A stretch of 64,000 nucleotides of DNA from Verrucomicrobiota bacterium (GTDB taxonomy: Bacteria > Verrucomicrobiota > Verrucomicrobiia > Limisphaerales > JACQFS01): the NCBI GenBank assembly GCA_016199935.1, contig JACQFS010000018.1, positions 18,785-82,784 on the forward strand. Direction: 5' to 3'. Positions 22,286 through 32,338 of the stretch are shown here, in pieces. Within the stretch, counting starts at the first letter, position 1. Each line of letters starts with the position of its first letter. Under the pieces are notes generated by a model. That model worked only from the letters and a program-made list of their open reading frames with translations, was not told the DNA's origin and made no database searches. A program made the translations under genes and the position numbers.

Positions 22286-25200
22286 TTCTTGAACGCCGCG
22301 TGCGTCGCCGTGCCGCCGGATTCGAGATACGCCACGAGGTCGAGGATTTCGTCGCGCGTCAGCACGTTCACCAAGCCTTCGGGCATCGGGGAAAGTTTCG
22401 ACGGCTCGCGGCGGGCGATGTCCTTTTGCAAAACTTCCGCGCGATCGCCGGTGAGCGGGTTGACCACAAGCACCACGCGCTTGTCGTCCTCCTCGATGAG
22501 GCGGCCGCTCACATCGTCGCCGTCTTTCTTGAAGACGGTCGTGTTTTGATACTGCTCCATCACGACTTTCGACGGGGCGAGGATGGATTCCAAAATGTCG
22601 CGCCGGCTGAAGCGGCTGCCGACCCCCGTGAGATCGGGGCCGACGGAGCCGCCGTCGGTGAGGAAGCGGTGGCACGCGCTGCATTGCGCGGCGTCGAACG
22701 CGGCCTTGCCCTTCGCGAAGTTGCGGCCGGTCATCGCGGTGTCGAGCGCAGGGAGCAACTCCTCGAACTTCCACTCCTTCACGAACGGCCGTTGCACGAC
22801 GGCACGCACAGGCGGCGCGAAATCTTTCAGGAAGGGTTCGAGTTCCTTTCGCTCCGCGGGACTCAGCGCGGCGATGGCGTCCTTTTTGAAGTTCGCGAGG
22901 AACTTGTTGAAGCTCACGCCGCCGCGGAACTTCACCGCCGCCATGCCATACCACTCGAAGTAGGCGCGGCGCAACGCGGGCGTCCAGCCGCCGGCGACCT
23001 GGCGCAGATAGTAGATGTAATGGATCTGCTGCTCCTGCGTCGGTGCGCTCGCGAGCAGCTTCATCGTCTTGGGCACGACGCTGGGCGCTTCGAGGAACAC
23101 GAGCATCTCGCACAGCTCGCGGTTCAGCGCGTCGCTCTTCGCCGGATACTGCGGGTCGAACAGTTTCACCAGGGCGAGGCGCGTCTCCGTGTTCGGCCCG
23201 CCGAGTCGCGCGAAGGCCACGCTGTAAACGCGGAGTAGCTCAAGCTTCTGCGCCTCGTCGAGCTTGTTCCACGCGAGCCGCTGCAAACTGCGGATCAACT
23301 CCGCCTTCTGCTCCGCCTTCGCCGTGCGCGCAACGGCGAGCAGCGCGGTGAGCGACGCGCGCGTGCGCGCCTCGACCAGAGCGCGCGTGTGCCACGACGC
23401 CGGCTCCTGCCACTCGATGGCGATGCGCGCGGCGTAACGGAGGAAACGATCCTCGCTGTCGAGGTGCGGCCACGCGAAATCCACGGCCTTCGCGTCGCGT
23501 TTGCCGTGGAAGGCTTCGAGTTGCTTGCGGAGCGCGCGGGCTTCGGCGGCCTGCTGTTCGGTGCGTTGCTCGGCTTTGGTCTTTGGCTTCTCCTCGACCT
23601 TCGGTCCCGCGTAGCTCACGCGATACAGCCCGCTGCCCGTCCGGTTTCCGCCGGTGATGAAATACATCGCGCCGTCCCTGCCGAACTCGAGGTCCACGAC
23701 GTTGAGCGGCCGGCCGCTGGCGAACTTCTCAAACGTGGCCGCGTAGCTCGCGCCCTGCGGTTTGAAATGCACGGCGTAGATGTGGCCCCACGCCCAGTCG
23801 CCGAGGAAGAGCGCGCGCTGATACTTCGGCGGGAATTTGCTCCGCGTCCCGAACTTCAATCCAACCGGCGAGCCTAGGCCGATGTCCACCGCAGGCGGCA
23901 GACTGTCGGGATAATAATACGGCCACTTGCCCGTGCCCTCGCGGTGGCCGTATTCGCCGCCGCTGACGACGTGATACACGCGCGTCGGCCGATACCACGG
24001 CAGGCCCGTGTCGTATTCCATGTCCGCGTCGTAGGTGAACGCCTCGCCGTCGGCGTTGAAGCAGAGGTCGTAGGGATTGCGCAGGCCGGCGGCGAAGAGC
24101 TGCCACTTTTTTCCGTCGCGATCGAAGCGCTGCACCGTGCCCATCGGCGCGACCTTGCCCATCGCGTGCCCGCTCGCGTCCCAACTGCGCGGCAGCAGCA
24201 AGTCTTCCGCGTAGTTTTTGTGCGGTGAATCGGCCGATGTGCCGTCCACCGGGTGCGAGTAGTCGCCGCTCACGTGATACAGCAAACCATCCGGGCCCAC
24301 GTCCACGCCATGCGGGCCGTGCGACCCGCCGGCGTTGAAGAGCTGCTTGAGCGGCTCGAAGTGATCGTAAATGTCGTCGCCATTCGAGTCGCGCACGAGG
24401 TAGAGCGCGTGCTTGTCTGGCGTGTAGGTCTCGGCGTAGCCGTTCACGTAGAGCGCGCCGTGCGCATAGACCATCCCCTGTGCGCCGCCCACAGGCACCG
24501 CGATTTTTTCCTCCTTCGCGATGCGCCCATCCGCGCCGAGCGTGAAGCGCAGCATCCCGCCGAAGTTTGACGACACGAGCAATTGCGGCGAGACGATGAT
24601 GCGGCCCTTGTCATCCACCGTCATCGCGATCCAACTGCCTTCCTCATCGCGCGCCTTGCGAATCAGCTCGGCCTTGAAGCCGGGCAGCAGCGTGAGCTGC
24701 TCGGCCGTTCCCGGCGGGTTCATCACCTCGAACCACGGATTGTCGCCCTCGAAACCCATGTGCCGCGCGCGCGTCCAGCCCGCGGGCTTGAAGTCGGGGA
24801 GCTGCCAGTTCGCATTCGACTTCGCGCTCGTGAGCCACGACGTGTCGGTGAGCAGCGTGTCCTTTTTGTTGTAGCCGTAGGTGATTTCCAATTTCGCGAT
24901 CACGCCGAAAGGCCCGCCGCCGTTGCGGCCCATCACGGCGAAGAGATTTTCGCCCGTCTTGAGTTCGGCGGCGACATCCACCGCCGTCGCCGAATAATTC
25001 ACCTGCCCCGGCTTGGCGCGACTGGTGGCGACGACGATCTGTTTGCCGTTCAGAAAAACCGTGGCCGAATCATCGCCGCAAATTTTCAACTCCGCGCTCG
25101 CCGGCTTGCTCGCGATGGAAATTTTTTTTCTCATGAACACCACCTCCGTGCCCTGCGGCAGCGGATCGCCCTTCTGGTAATTGTGCCAGATCCACTCGGG

Positions 25201-25296
25201 CAGCGGCTCAGCGGCGTGCGCGCTGAGTGTCGCGAGAAGACAGGCGGCGAGGCGGAGGGTTTGTGTTTTCAAGGTAAGATTCGGACTGGCGCGCAT
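22282..25296 (-). CDS. PVC-type heme-binding membrane-dehydrogenase-like protein
   Basis: Signal peptide, beta-propeller (GLRNPY, FNADGE), helical repeats, CSACH, GPDLTGVGSRF, SPMPEGL. Confidence 0.88.
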   Translation of the reverse strand: MRASPNLTLKTQTLRLAACLLATLSAHAAEPLPEWIWHNYQKGDPLPQGTEVVFMRKKISIASKPASAELKICGDDSATVFLNGKQIVVATSRAKPGQVNYSATAVDVAAELKTGENLFAVMGRNGGGPFGVIAKLEITYGYNKKDTLLTDTSWLTSAKSNANWQLPDFKPAGWTRARHMGFEGDNPWFEVMNPPGTAEQLTLLPGFKAELIRKARDEEGSWIAMTVDDKGRIIVSPQLLVSSNFGGMLRFTLGADGRIAKEEKIAVPVGGAQGMVYAHGALYVNGYAETYTPDKHALYLVRDSNGDDIYDHFEPLKQLFNAGGSHGPHGVDVGPDGLLYHVSGDYSHPVDGTSADSPHKNYAEDLLLPRSWDASGHAMGKVAPMGTVQRFDRDGKKWQLFAAGLRNPYDLCFNADGEAFTYDADMEYDTGLPWYRPTRVYHVVSGGEYGHREGTGKWPYYYPDSLPPAVDIGLGSPVGLKFGTRSKFPPKYQRALFLGDWAWGHIYAVHFKPQGASYAATFEKFASGRPLNVVDLEFGRDGAMYFITGGNRTGSGLYRVSYAGPKVEEKPKTKAEQRTEQQAAEARALRKQLEAFHGKRDAKAVDFAWPHLDSEDRFLRYAARIAIEWQEPASWHTRALVEARTRASLTALLAVARTAKAEQKAELIRSLQRLAWNKLDEAQKLELLRVYSVAFARLGGPNTETRLALVKLFDPQYPAKSDALNRELCEMLVFLEAPSVVPKTMKLLASAPTQEQQIHYIYYLRQVAGGWTPALRRAYFEWYGMAAVKFRGGVSFNKFLANFKKDAIAALSPAERKELEPFLKDFAPPVRAVVQRPFVKEWKFEELLPALDTAMTGRNFAKGKAAFDAAQCSACHRFLTDGGSVGPDLTGVGSRFSRRDILESILAPSKVVMEQYQNTTVFKKDGDDVSGRLIEEDDKRVVLVVNPLTGDRAEVLQKDIARREPSKLSPMPEGLVNVLTRDEILDLVAYLESGGTATHAAFKK

Positions 25297-25308
25297 GAGC
25301 GGTTATTC

Positions 25309-25469
25309 GGAGCGCAGAGCTCCAGCTCTGCGCGATGGAGCGCCGTTTGCGACGCGGCGTCATACAAATCGGAGGGACGAGCTACGCGAGTCCCTGACTT
25401 TTCGATTCGAGGGACTCGCGTGGCTCGTCCTTCCGACACGGAACACGCGGAGCTGGAGCTCCGCGCTCC
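25309..25469. repeat. Nested REP-like element (two families)
   Basis: Outer IR 25309-25332 / 25446-25469 (22/24); inner IR 25369-25395 / 25410-25436 (25/27). Confidence 0.88.
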
Positions 25470-25471
25470 AT

Positions 25472-28400
25472 TCATTTCTTAAACGCCGCGTGGTCCTTCC
25501 GCCCGGCGCCTTCAAGGAAGGCCAGCAGGTCGAGCAGGTCGTCCTTGCTCAACGTATTCACCAGGCCCTCAGGCATCGGCGAGAGCTTGGAGAAGCTGCG
25601 CTTGGCGAGGTCGGACTTCTTCACGGTCACCTTCGCATCGGGCTGGAGTTGGTTGGGGACGAGCACGAGCTGGTCGGGGGTTTCGTCCACGAGCCGGCCG
25701 GTCACATCGTCGCCGTTCTTGAGCACAACGGTGGTGTTCTGAAACTGCTCGGAGACGACCTTCGACGGTTCGAGGATCGAGTCGAGGATGTCGCGCGTGC
25801 TGAAGCGCGCGGCGAGGCCGGTGAGTTCGGCGCCGATGCCGCCGCCCTCGTTGCCCATCTTGTGGCAGAGGAGGCATTGCGCATCCACGAACGCCTGCTT
25901 GCCCTTGGTGTAGTCGCGGCCCTTCTTCACCTGATCGAGCGACGCGGCGAAGTCCGCGACCTTCCACTCCTTCACGAACGCGCGCTGCTTCGGCGCGGGG
26001 AACGTGTTCTTCACCCTGGTATCCGGCCCCGTGGCGCGCACGGAGATCAGGCTCGCAAGCTGCGTCTTCTCGACGCCGTTCAGCGTGGCGATGGCGTCGT
26101 CGCGCATTTTGTCGAGCTGCTTGCGGAAGCTGTTACCGTCGGAGAAATCGCGGCCGGCGTCGGTGAACCACTTCACGGTGAGCGCCTCGTGCTTCGCGGC
26201 GGGGTTCGGGTAGCTGTTGAGCGCGGTGAAATAACGCGTGCGCAACTCCGGCGTCCAGCCGGTCGCGAGCGTGCGCAGGTGGAACAAATAGCAGAACGCC
26301 TGCTCCTGCGTCGGCGCGGCTTCGAGCAACGCCATGCCCTTCGCCGCCGTGCCGGGCGCATCGAGGAACACAAGCAACTGCACCAGCTCGCGGTTTAGAT
26401 TGTAGCTCTGCGACGGAAACCGCGGGCTGAGTTTCTCCACGGCCGTCTTCGCCACGTCGGCAGAGGGCTTGCCGTTGCGCGCGAAGCTCACGCCGATGAC
26501 GCGCAATTTTTCCAACTGCTTCTCCTCGCTCAGTGTCGCGAGCGGCCACTTGGCGAGCGCCTTCAAGCAACCGTCCTGCGCCTCCTTGCCGCCGACGCGC
26601 GCGAGCGCGAGCAGCGCGGTGAGGCCGCCGTTGAGGCTCTTCTCGTCGAGCGCGCGCTGCTTCCATTGCGCGACGGGCTGCGCCTCCACCGCGGTCCGCG
26701 CGGCGTAACGGATCGCGCGGTCGTCGCTATTCAGGTGCGGCCACGCGAAGTCCACCGCCTTCGCGTCCACCTTGCCGTGAAAGGCTTCGAGCGAGCGGCG
26801 GAGTTTGCGCGCCTCGGCGCCGGCGGTGTCGGCGAGCGTCGCGGGCGCGGTGCTTTCCTTGCCCGTGTAGGTGACGCGATACAGGCCGGCCTGCACGCCG
26901 CGGCCGCCGACGGTGAAGTAAAGCGCGCCGTCGTTGCCGACGATGAGATCGGTGACGTTGAGCGGACGCTTCTCCTCGCCGGGCTTCGCGAGGCCGAGCG
27001 GGCACACGAGATTTTCCATCGTGGCGGAATAGCTCGCGCCGTTCGGCGTGAGGTGAACGGCGATCACGCGGCCGTAGGTCCAGTCGAGGGCGTAGTAGGC
27101 GCGCTGGTATTTCGCGGGGAACTTCGCGCCGTAGCCGAACTTCGTGCCCGTCGGGCAGCCGACGCCCACGTCGAGGATCGGCGGCGTGCCGTCGGGATAA
27201 TAGCCCGGCCATTTCGCTGAGCCGGAACGCCAGCCGACATCCGAGGCGCTCGCCATGTGGTAAACGCGCGTGGGCCGATACCAGTGCGTGCCCCATTCCC
27301 ATTCCATGTCGGAGTCGTAAACGAAAATCTCCTGATCCGCGTTGAACGCGAAGCCGTATTGGTTGCGGAAGCCGGCGCAGAAGAGCTCCCACTTTTTCCC
27401 GTCGGGCGACACGCGGTAGATGTGGCCACCGGGCGCGAGGATGCCGGCGGCGTGGCCGTTGGCGTCCCACTGGCGCGGGAGCACGTGATCCTCGGCATAA
27501 TTTTTGTGCGGCGAACTCGGCGCGATGTCGCTGACGAGCTTGGTGTGGTTGCCGGCCATCACGTAGAGGTTTCCGTCGGGCCCGGGCTGGACGTAATGCG
27601 GCCCGTGCTCGCCGCCGCCGGGGATTTCCCGGAACAACTCGATGTTGCTGAACTGGTCGTTGCCGCTCGTGTCGCGCAAGCGGTAGAGGCCGCTGGCGAA
27701 CTTGGTGGAGTATTTGTTCACGACGGCGAAGAGCGAGCCTTGGTGAAAAGAAATGCCCTGCGCGTCGTAGAAACTTTTGGCGAACAGCTCGCGCTTGGTG
27801 ACCTTCCCGTCCGCATCCACCGTGACGCGCAGCAGGCCGCGCTTCTGTTCTTCGTCAGCCGACGAAGCTTTGGGCCATTGCGGGCTGATGATGAGGCGGC
27901 CCTTGTCGTCCTTGGCCATCGCGACCCACGAACCTTCCTCGGGCGTGGCGCTGGCGATGAGTTCGACCTTGAAGCTGGGCAACGCGAAGAGCGCGTCAGC
28001 AGGCGTGGCCTCGCCGTTTCTCGCGGCGCGGCGTGAAGCCTTGCCGCTGCCGGTTTTTTTCGCCGTCGCGCCGCCGGCGAGCACATTGCCCCACGGCGCG
28101 ACGCCGAGTTTGCCGAGCAGCTTCGGCGCGGCCCACGCGGCATCGCCGAAACCGGCGCGGTTCCAGTTCGCCTCCTCCTTCGCCGAGGCCTTCCACGACG
28201 CGTCGGTGACGATGACGGTCTTGCCTTTGTTGGAAGTGATTTCAAGTTTTGCGAGCGCGCCGGCCGCGCTGCTGCCGCGATTCTCGGCGCGAATGGCAAG
28301 GACGTTCAAGCCGCCGACGAGCTTCGTGGTGAGATCGGCCTTCGCGGGATTTTGCCACGCGCTGTTTTGCAGCACGCGCTCGCCGTTGAGGAAGACTTCC

Positions 28401-28585
28401 AGCTTGTCATCAGCCGTGGCGACGAGCTCCGCGGCGGACACGCGCCCCTCGACGGTGAAGGCCTTGCGGAAAAAGCGGATGTCGGTGCCGTCGGTCTTCT
28501 GGAACCAGAGCCACTCGGGCGTCTGGGCACCGGCGAGCTGCGCGAAAGCGAGGAGGGCAAGGAGACAGATGGATTTCGGATTCAT
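25472..28585 (-). CDS. PVC-type heme-binding protein, paralog of 22282-25296
   Basis: Same architecture; CLLCH, SPMPEGL. Confidence 0.88.
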   Translation of the reverse strand: MNPKSICLLALLAFAQLAGAQTPEWLWFQKTDGTDIRFFRKAFTVEGRVSAAELVATADDKLEVFLNGERVLQNSAWQNPAKADLTTKLVGGLNVLAIRAENRGSSAAGALAKLEITSNKGKTVIVTDASWKASAKEEANWNRAGFGDAAWAAPKLLGKLGVAPWGNVLAGGATAKKTGSGKASRRAARNGEATPADALFALPSFKVELIASATPEEGSWVAMAKDDKGRLIISPQWPKASSADEEQKRGLLRVTVDADGKVTKRELFAKSFYDAQGISFHQGSLFAVVNKYSTKFASGLYRLRDTSGNDQFSNIELFREIPGGGEHGPHYVQPGPDGNLYVMAGNHTKLVSDIAPSSPHKNYAEDHVLPRQWDANGHAAGILAPGGHIYRVSPDGKKWELFCAGFRNQYGFAFNADQEIFVYDSDMEWEWGTHWYRPTRVYHMASASDVGWRSGSAKWPGYYPDGTPPILDVGVGCPTGTKFGYGAKFPAKYQRAYYALDWTYGRVIAVHLTPNGASYSATMENLVCPLGLAKPGEEKRPLNVTDLIVGNDGALYFTVGGRGVQAGLYRVTYTGKESTAPATLADTAGAEARKLRRSLEAFHGKVDAKAVDFAWPHLNSDDRAIRYAARTAVEAQPVAQWKQRALDEKSLNGGLTALLALARVGGKEAQDGCLKALAKWPLATLSEEKQLEKLRVIGVSFARNGKPSADVAKTAVEKLSPRFPSQSYNLNRELVQLLVFLDAPGTAAKGMALLEAAPTQEQAFCYLFHLRTLATGWTPELRTRYFTALNSYPNPAAKHEALTVKWFTDAGRDFSDGNSFRKQLDKMRDDAIATLNGVEKTQLASLISVRATGPDTRVKNTFPAPKQRAFVKEWKVADFAASLDQVKKGRDYTKGKQAFVDAQCLLCHKMGNEGGGIGAELTGLAARFSTRDILDSILEPSKVVSEQFQNTTVVLKNGDDVTGRLVDETPDQLVLVPNQLQPDAKVTVKKSDLAKRSFSKLSPMPEGLVNTLSKDDLLDLLAFLEGAGRKDHAAFKK

Positions 28586-28646
28586 GCTTGGCGAGGTTTT
28601 TACGGGCGGGACGGTGCGAGGTCAAACGCGGTGTGAGCGAAAGAGT

Positions 28647-28715
28647 TTAGGCGAAAAATGGGGGCGAAAAAAAAATCTTCTGGTCCGGCATTTTTCGCCC
28701 TCATTGTTCGCCTAA
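28647..28715. repeat. Intergenic inverted repeat
   Basis: TTAGGCGAAAAATGGGGGCGAAAAA versus its complement at 28691-28715, 23/25. Confidence 0.7.
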
Positions 28716-28729
28716 GGCTCTTGGCCGGA

Positions 28730-30271
28730 TCATTTCGCCGCGGAGCGCACGGGCGGGAGGTGATCCGTCATGCCGGCGTGCGTGCGCTTCAGCTCTTTCA
28801 CGGAAGCCTCGCGGAATTTTTTGAGCGTCGCGGCGTGCTTCGAGTCGGCGGCGAGATTCGTGAGCTCCTCGGGGTCGGCCTGGAGGTCGTAGAGTTCCTC
28901 GATCTCGTTCGCGACGAGCGTGCGGATGTATTTGAGGTGGCCTTCGGTGAGCATCAGATACCACGCGACGCCGTTGTGGTAGAGGTGCTCGTCGGTCGGG
29001 ATGTGGTCCGTGTCGGCACCGAAGTGATCGCCGGTGAACGGCATCATCGTCGCGTGCGGCCATTTGGCGTCGGGGTTTTTCAGCAGCGGCGAGAGATCGT
29101 GGCCGTGCATTGCCCACGGGAGCTTGAGGCCGGCGAAGTGATGAATCGTCGGCACCAAGTCCACGCCGCCGACGGGCGCGCGGCAGACCTTGCCCTTGGG
29201 AATCGTGCCGGGCATCGAGATGACGAGCGGCGAGCGGATGTTCGCGTCGTAGGGCGCGAGCTTGTGACGGAAGCCGTGCTGGCCCCACGCGAAGCCCTGG
29301 TCGGAGGTGAAAATGACGAGCGTATTTTTCAACTGGCCCGACTCCTCGAGCGCGGCGAGCACTTTGCCGATGCCTTCATCGAGTGCGCGCACGGCCTGAT
29401 TGTATTGCACGACCCAGTCGCTGAGCGTGCGGCCCTGGCCGACTTTTTCATCGTCGCCGACTTCCTGGCCCTTGGCGCTTTTGCGCAAGATCGGCTCGCC
29501 GTTCGGGCCGGGTGCCCACGTGTTGATCTTCTGCATGTAGTCGGGCTTGCCGGGACGCGGCGGATAAATGTCCTTGGGCGTCGGCACTTTCGAGCCGGCG
29601 TAATCCTGCAGGTGCCGGTCCGCCGGCGTGTAGGGCGAATGCACGCCTCCGTAGCAGAGCCAGAGATACCACGGCTTGGCGGCGTCGCGATGCTGGCCGC
29701 GGATGTAGTCGGCGGCCCACTGCGTGTAGTTGTCGGTGGAGTAGCCCTTCGTGAGCTTCGGCTCGCCGCCGTTAAAGCAGAGCAACTGGTCGTAATAATA
29801 ATTGCCCGCGTTGTCCTGATACTTCGGACGGTTCCAGACAATCTGGTAATCCCAATCGCGGCCGAAGCCGGTGTCCGTGCCCGTGTGCCACTTGCCGATC
29901 TGCGCGGTCTGGTAGCCCTGCTTGCGAAACTCCGCGGGCCAGAACTTGCACTTCGCCGGGTCGTATTCGCAGCCCGGATATTTGCCCTCCATGCGCATCG
30001 TCTGCACGCCGAACTGGTGCAGGCCCGTGAGCATCGTCGCGCGCGAGGGCATGCACCACGTGCCGATGTAGGCGTGCGTGAAGCGGACGCCGCGCGCGGC
30101 GAGCCGGTCCATGTTCGGCGTCTTTGCCCACGGCTCGGCGCCCTCGTAGCACGAGATGGTGCGATAGGAATGGTCATCGGTGTAGATGAACAAAATGTTC
30201 GGTCGCCTGGAATCCGCGGCGTGGGCGAATGACGCGACGAAGGCGAGAAGGAGAAGGGCGGAGTGTTTCAT
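28730..30271 (-). CDS. Sulfatase (Cys-type)
   Basis: Signal peptide, RPNILFIYTDDH, CMPSR, GKWH, FTSDQG; start at ATG 30271. Confidence 0.92.
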   Translation of the reverse strand: MKHSALLLLAFVASFAHAADSRRPNILFIYTDDHSYRTISCYEGAEPWAKTPNMDRLAARGVRFTHAYIGTWCMPSRATMLTGLHQFGVQTMRMEGKYPGCEYDPAKCKFWPAEFRKQGYQTAQIGKWHTGTDTGFGRDWDYQIVWNRPKYQDNAGNYYYDQLLCFNGGEPKLTKGYSTDNYTQWAADYIRGQHRDAAKPWYLWLCYGGVHSPYTPADRHLQDYAGSKVPTPKDIYPPRPGKPDYMQKINTWAPGPNGEPILRKSAKGQEVGDDEKVGQGRTLSDWVVQYNQAVRALDEGIGKVLAALEESGQLKNTLVIFTSDQGFAWGQHGFRHKLAPYDANIRSPLVISMPGTIPKGKVCRAPVGGVDLVPTIHHFAGLKLPWAMHGHDLSPLLKNPDAKWPHATMMPFTGDHFGADTDHIPTDEHLYHNGVAWYLMLTEGHLKYIRTLVANEIEELYDLQADPEELTNLAADSKHAATLKKFREASVKELKRTHAGMTDHLPPVRSAAK

Positions 30272-30369
30272 GCGGTTGGTGAACTCGGCCGGCAGACTAG
30301 CGGCACCGGGCGCGGTCGCAAGCGCGGGCTCACCCAAAACGATCTCGAAATTCGCACCGCCGCCCCGGG

Positions 30370-30407
30370 AAAGAAAAAACTCCGCCGGCCGCGAGGCCGG
30401 CGGAGTT
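30370..30407 (-). terminator. Rho-independent terminator
   Basis: 13-bp stem AACTCCGCCGGCC, 4-nt loop, U-tract on the minus strand downstream of 30440. Confidence 0.75.
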
Positions 30408-30439
30408 GAATTCAGGAAACAAGTTTCCCGGGAGGCCGG

Positions 30440-30670
30440 TTACGCCGCCTTCTTCTTTTTCTTGGCGGTGAACTTGCCCCAGGCTTCCTTGTCTTCGGGC
30501 GTCATCTTGCCGATCTCGTCGGCGTCGAGCTTGCCGTCCTTGTTGGCGTCATACTTTTCGACGAGTGCCTTCTGCTCAGGAGACATCTCCTTCTTTTTCT
30601 TTTCGGCGGCGCCGGCGGTGATGGCGAATGCGCACACGGCGATGGTGAGGGCGAGTAACAGTTTCTTCAT
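30440..30670 (-). CDS. Small secreted EF-hand protein
   Basis: Signal peptide; DANKDGKLDADE loop. Confidence 0.8.
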   Translation of the reverse strand: MKKLLLALTIAVCAFAITAGAAEKKKKEMSPEQKALVEKYDANKDGKLDADEIGKMTPEDKEAWGKFTAKKKKKAA

Positions 30671-30701
30671 GGTAGCTATTTGTTGATGGTGGGGACGGGA
30701 A

Positions 30702-30929
30702 TTATTCCGCCTTCTTTTTCTTCTTCTTGGCTTCGAGGTCTTTCTTCATGGCGGCCTTCTCTTCGTCGTCGAGCTTGCCGTCGCCGTTCTTGTCATACTT
30801 CTCGAGCATCTTCTTTTCGAACGCGGCCTTCTCCTCGGGGGTGCGTTCCTTCTTCTCGGCGGCCTTGGCGACGAATCCACCGGTGAGGATGGCGGCGCAC
30901 AGGGCGGAGGCGAACAGGATTTTTTTCAT
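30702..30929 (-). CDS. Small secreted EF-hand protein (paralog)
   Basis: Signal peptide; DKNGDGKLDDEE loop. Confidence 0.8.
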   Translation of the reverse strand: MKKILFASALCAAILTGGFVAKAAEKKERTPEEKAAFEKKMLEKYDKNGDGKLDDEEKAAMKKDLEAKKKKKKAE

Positions 30930-31382
30930 GTGTGGGTCCTACTGTGTTGTTGTTGTTGTTTGTGGTGAATGCGTCCTTGTGAGGGGACGCAAAGCGAAAG
31001 GGGGGGAAATCACTGGCGACGGCTGTGGTGCCGACGGACTCGGGCTGGAAGGCGGGCCATCACGGGTTGTGGGCGGAGGTTGTGACCGCGCCAGGCGGCG
31101 GTGACAATCAAAAACTGCTCTAGGAACCAGCGTTTCATCGGTCTTTACAGCGGTCGTTCGACGGGGTGGCGACGGGTTTGTTCAAAAAGCCACCGGGCGT
31201 CGGCGGGTCAGACGAGGGGGGTTGGCGAAGAGTTACAGTGCGATTAAACACCTTTGTTTTCAGCCCAATCGATTGCTTTTTGACCGGTTCGAGATCCGCC
31301 GGCGAAGCCGGCCCGGGTCGGAGCAACAGAGGCTCGGGCGGCCCGGCTTGCCCCCCCGACCGCTCTGGGCTAACCATCCGCA

Positions 31383-32228
31383 GTGGCTGCCACTGATTTT
31401 TCCGATGCCGCGCTCGTGCTCGTGGGGCATGGCTCGACGCTCAACCCCGACTCGTCGGCCCCGACGCACCAGCACGCCGACGCGCTGCGCCGGCGGGGCG
31501 GCTTCGCGCAGGTGGTCGAGTGCTTTTGGAAGGAGGAGCCGGGTATTGCCGGCGTGCTGCGCGGCGTGTTTGCGCCGCGGGTGTTTGTGGTGCCGCTGTT
31601 CATCAGCGAGGGCTACTTCACCGAGCAGGTAATCCCGCGCGAACTCGGCCTGTGCAAAAATGGCGACGCCTCTTTCCTCCGCACGCAACGTCGCGGCGCG
31701 CAGACGATCCACTACTGCGGCCCCGTCGGCACGCACGCGAGCATGACGGCGGTGATCCTCGCCCGCGCGCGCGAGGTGGTGGCAATGTTTCCGGGAAAAA
31801 ATCCGCCGCCCGCGCCGCGTGACACGGCGCTGTTCATCGCCGGCCACGGCACGGGCAACAACGAAAACTCCCGCAAGGCCATCGAGCGCCAGGTCGAGCT
31901 CATCCGGCCCCGCGGCGAATTCGCCGAGGTCCACGCGGTGTTCATGGAGGAGGAGCCGCGCATCGGCGAGTGCTGGCGGCTGGCGCGCGCGCGGAACCTG
32001 GTGATGGTTCCGTTCTTCATCAGCGACGGTCTGCACAGCTACGAGGACATCCCGATGATGCTCGGCGAGCCGGAGGCCGAGGTGCGTCGGCGCTTTCGTG
32101 CGGGCGAGCCGACGTGGCGCAATCCGACGGAGCGAAACGGCAAGCTTCTCTGGTATGCGCCGAGCATCGGCAGCGAGCCGCACCTGCCGGAAGTGATCCT
32201 CGAGCGCGTGCGCGAGCTAGCGGGTTGA
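31383..32228 (+). CDS. CbiX/SirB-family chelatase
   Basis: LVGHGS, VVPLFISEGYF, IAGHGT, VPFFISDGLHS. Confidence 0.85.
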   Translation: MAATDFSDAALVLVGHGSTLNPDSSAPTHQHADALRRRGGFAQVVECFWKEEPGIAGVLRGVFAPRVFVVPLFISEGYFTEQVIPRELGLCKNGDASFLRTQRRGAQTIHYCGPVGTHASMTAVILARAREVVAMFPGKNPPPAPRDTALFIAGHGTGNNENSRKAIERQVELIRPRGEFAEVHAVFMEEEPRIGECWRLARARNLVMVPFFISDGLHSYEDIPMMLGEPEAEVRRRFRAGEPTWRNPTERNGKLLWYAPSIGSEPHLPEVILERVRELAG

Positions 32229-32338
32229 AGCAAAGCGGTCGGGATTTTCTTCGGATTGAGACGGCGGTGAGGGTGCGAATCCATTTTGCTTTTGGAAAGT
32301 GCGTGCCATTCCCCGCCGTTCGTGTCTAATCCGCGCCC

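Noticed and set aside
30930-31382. Cobalamin riboswitch or ncRNA upstream of the CbiX-like gene
   Set aside because: No B12-box or other conserved riboswitch motif recognisable by eye; an Rfam scan would settle it.
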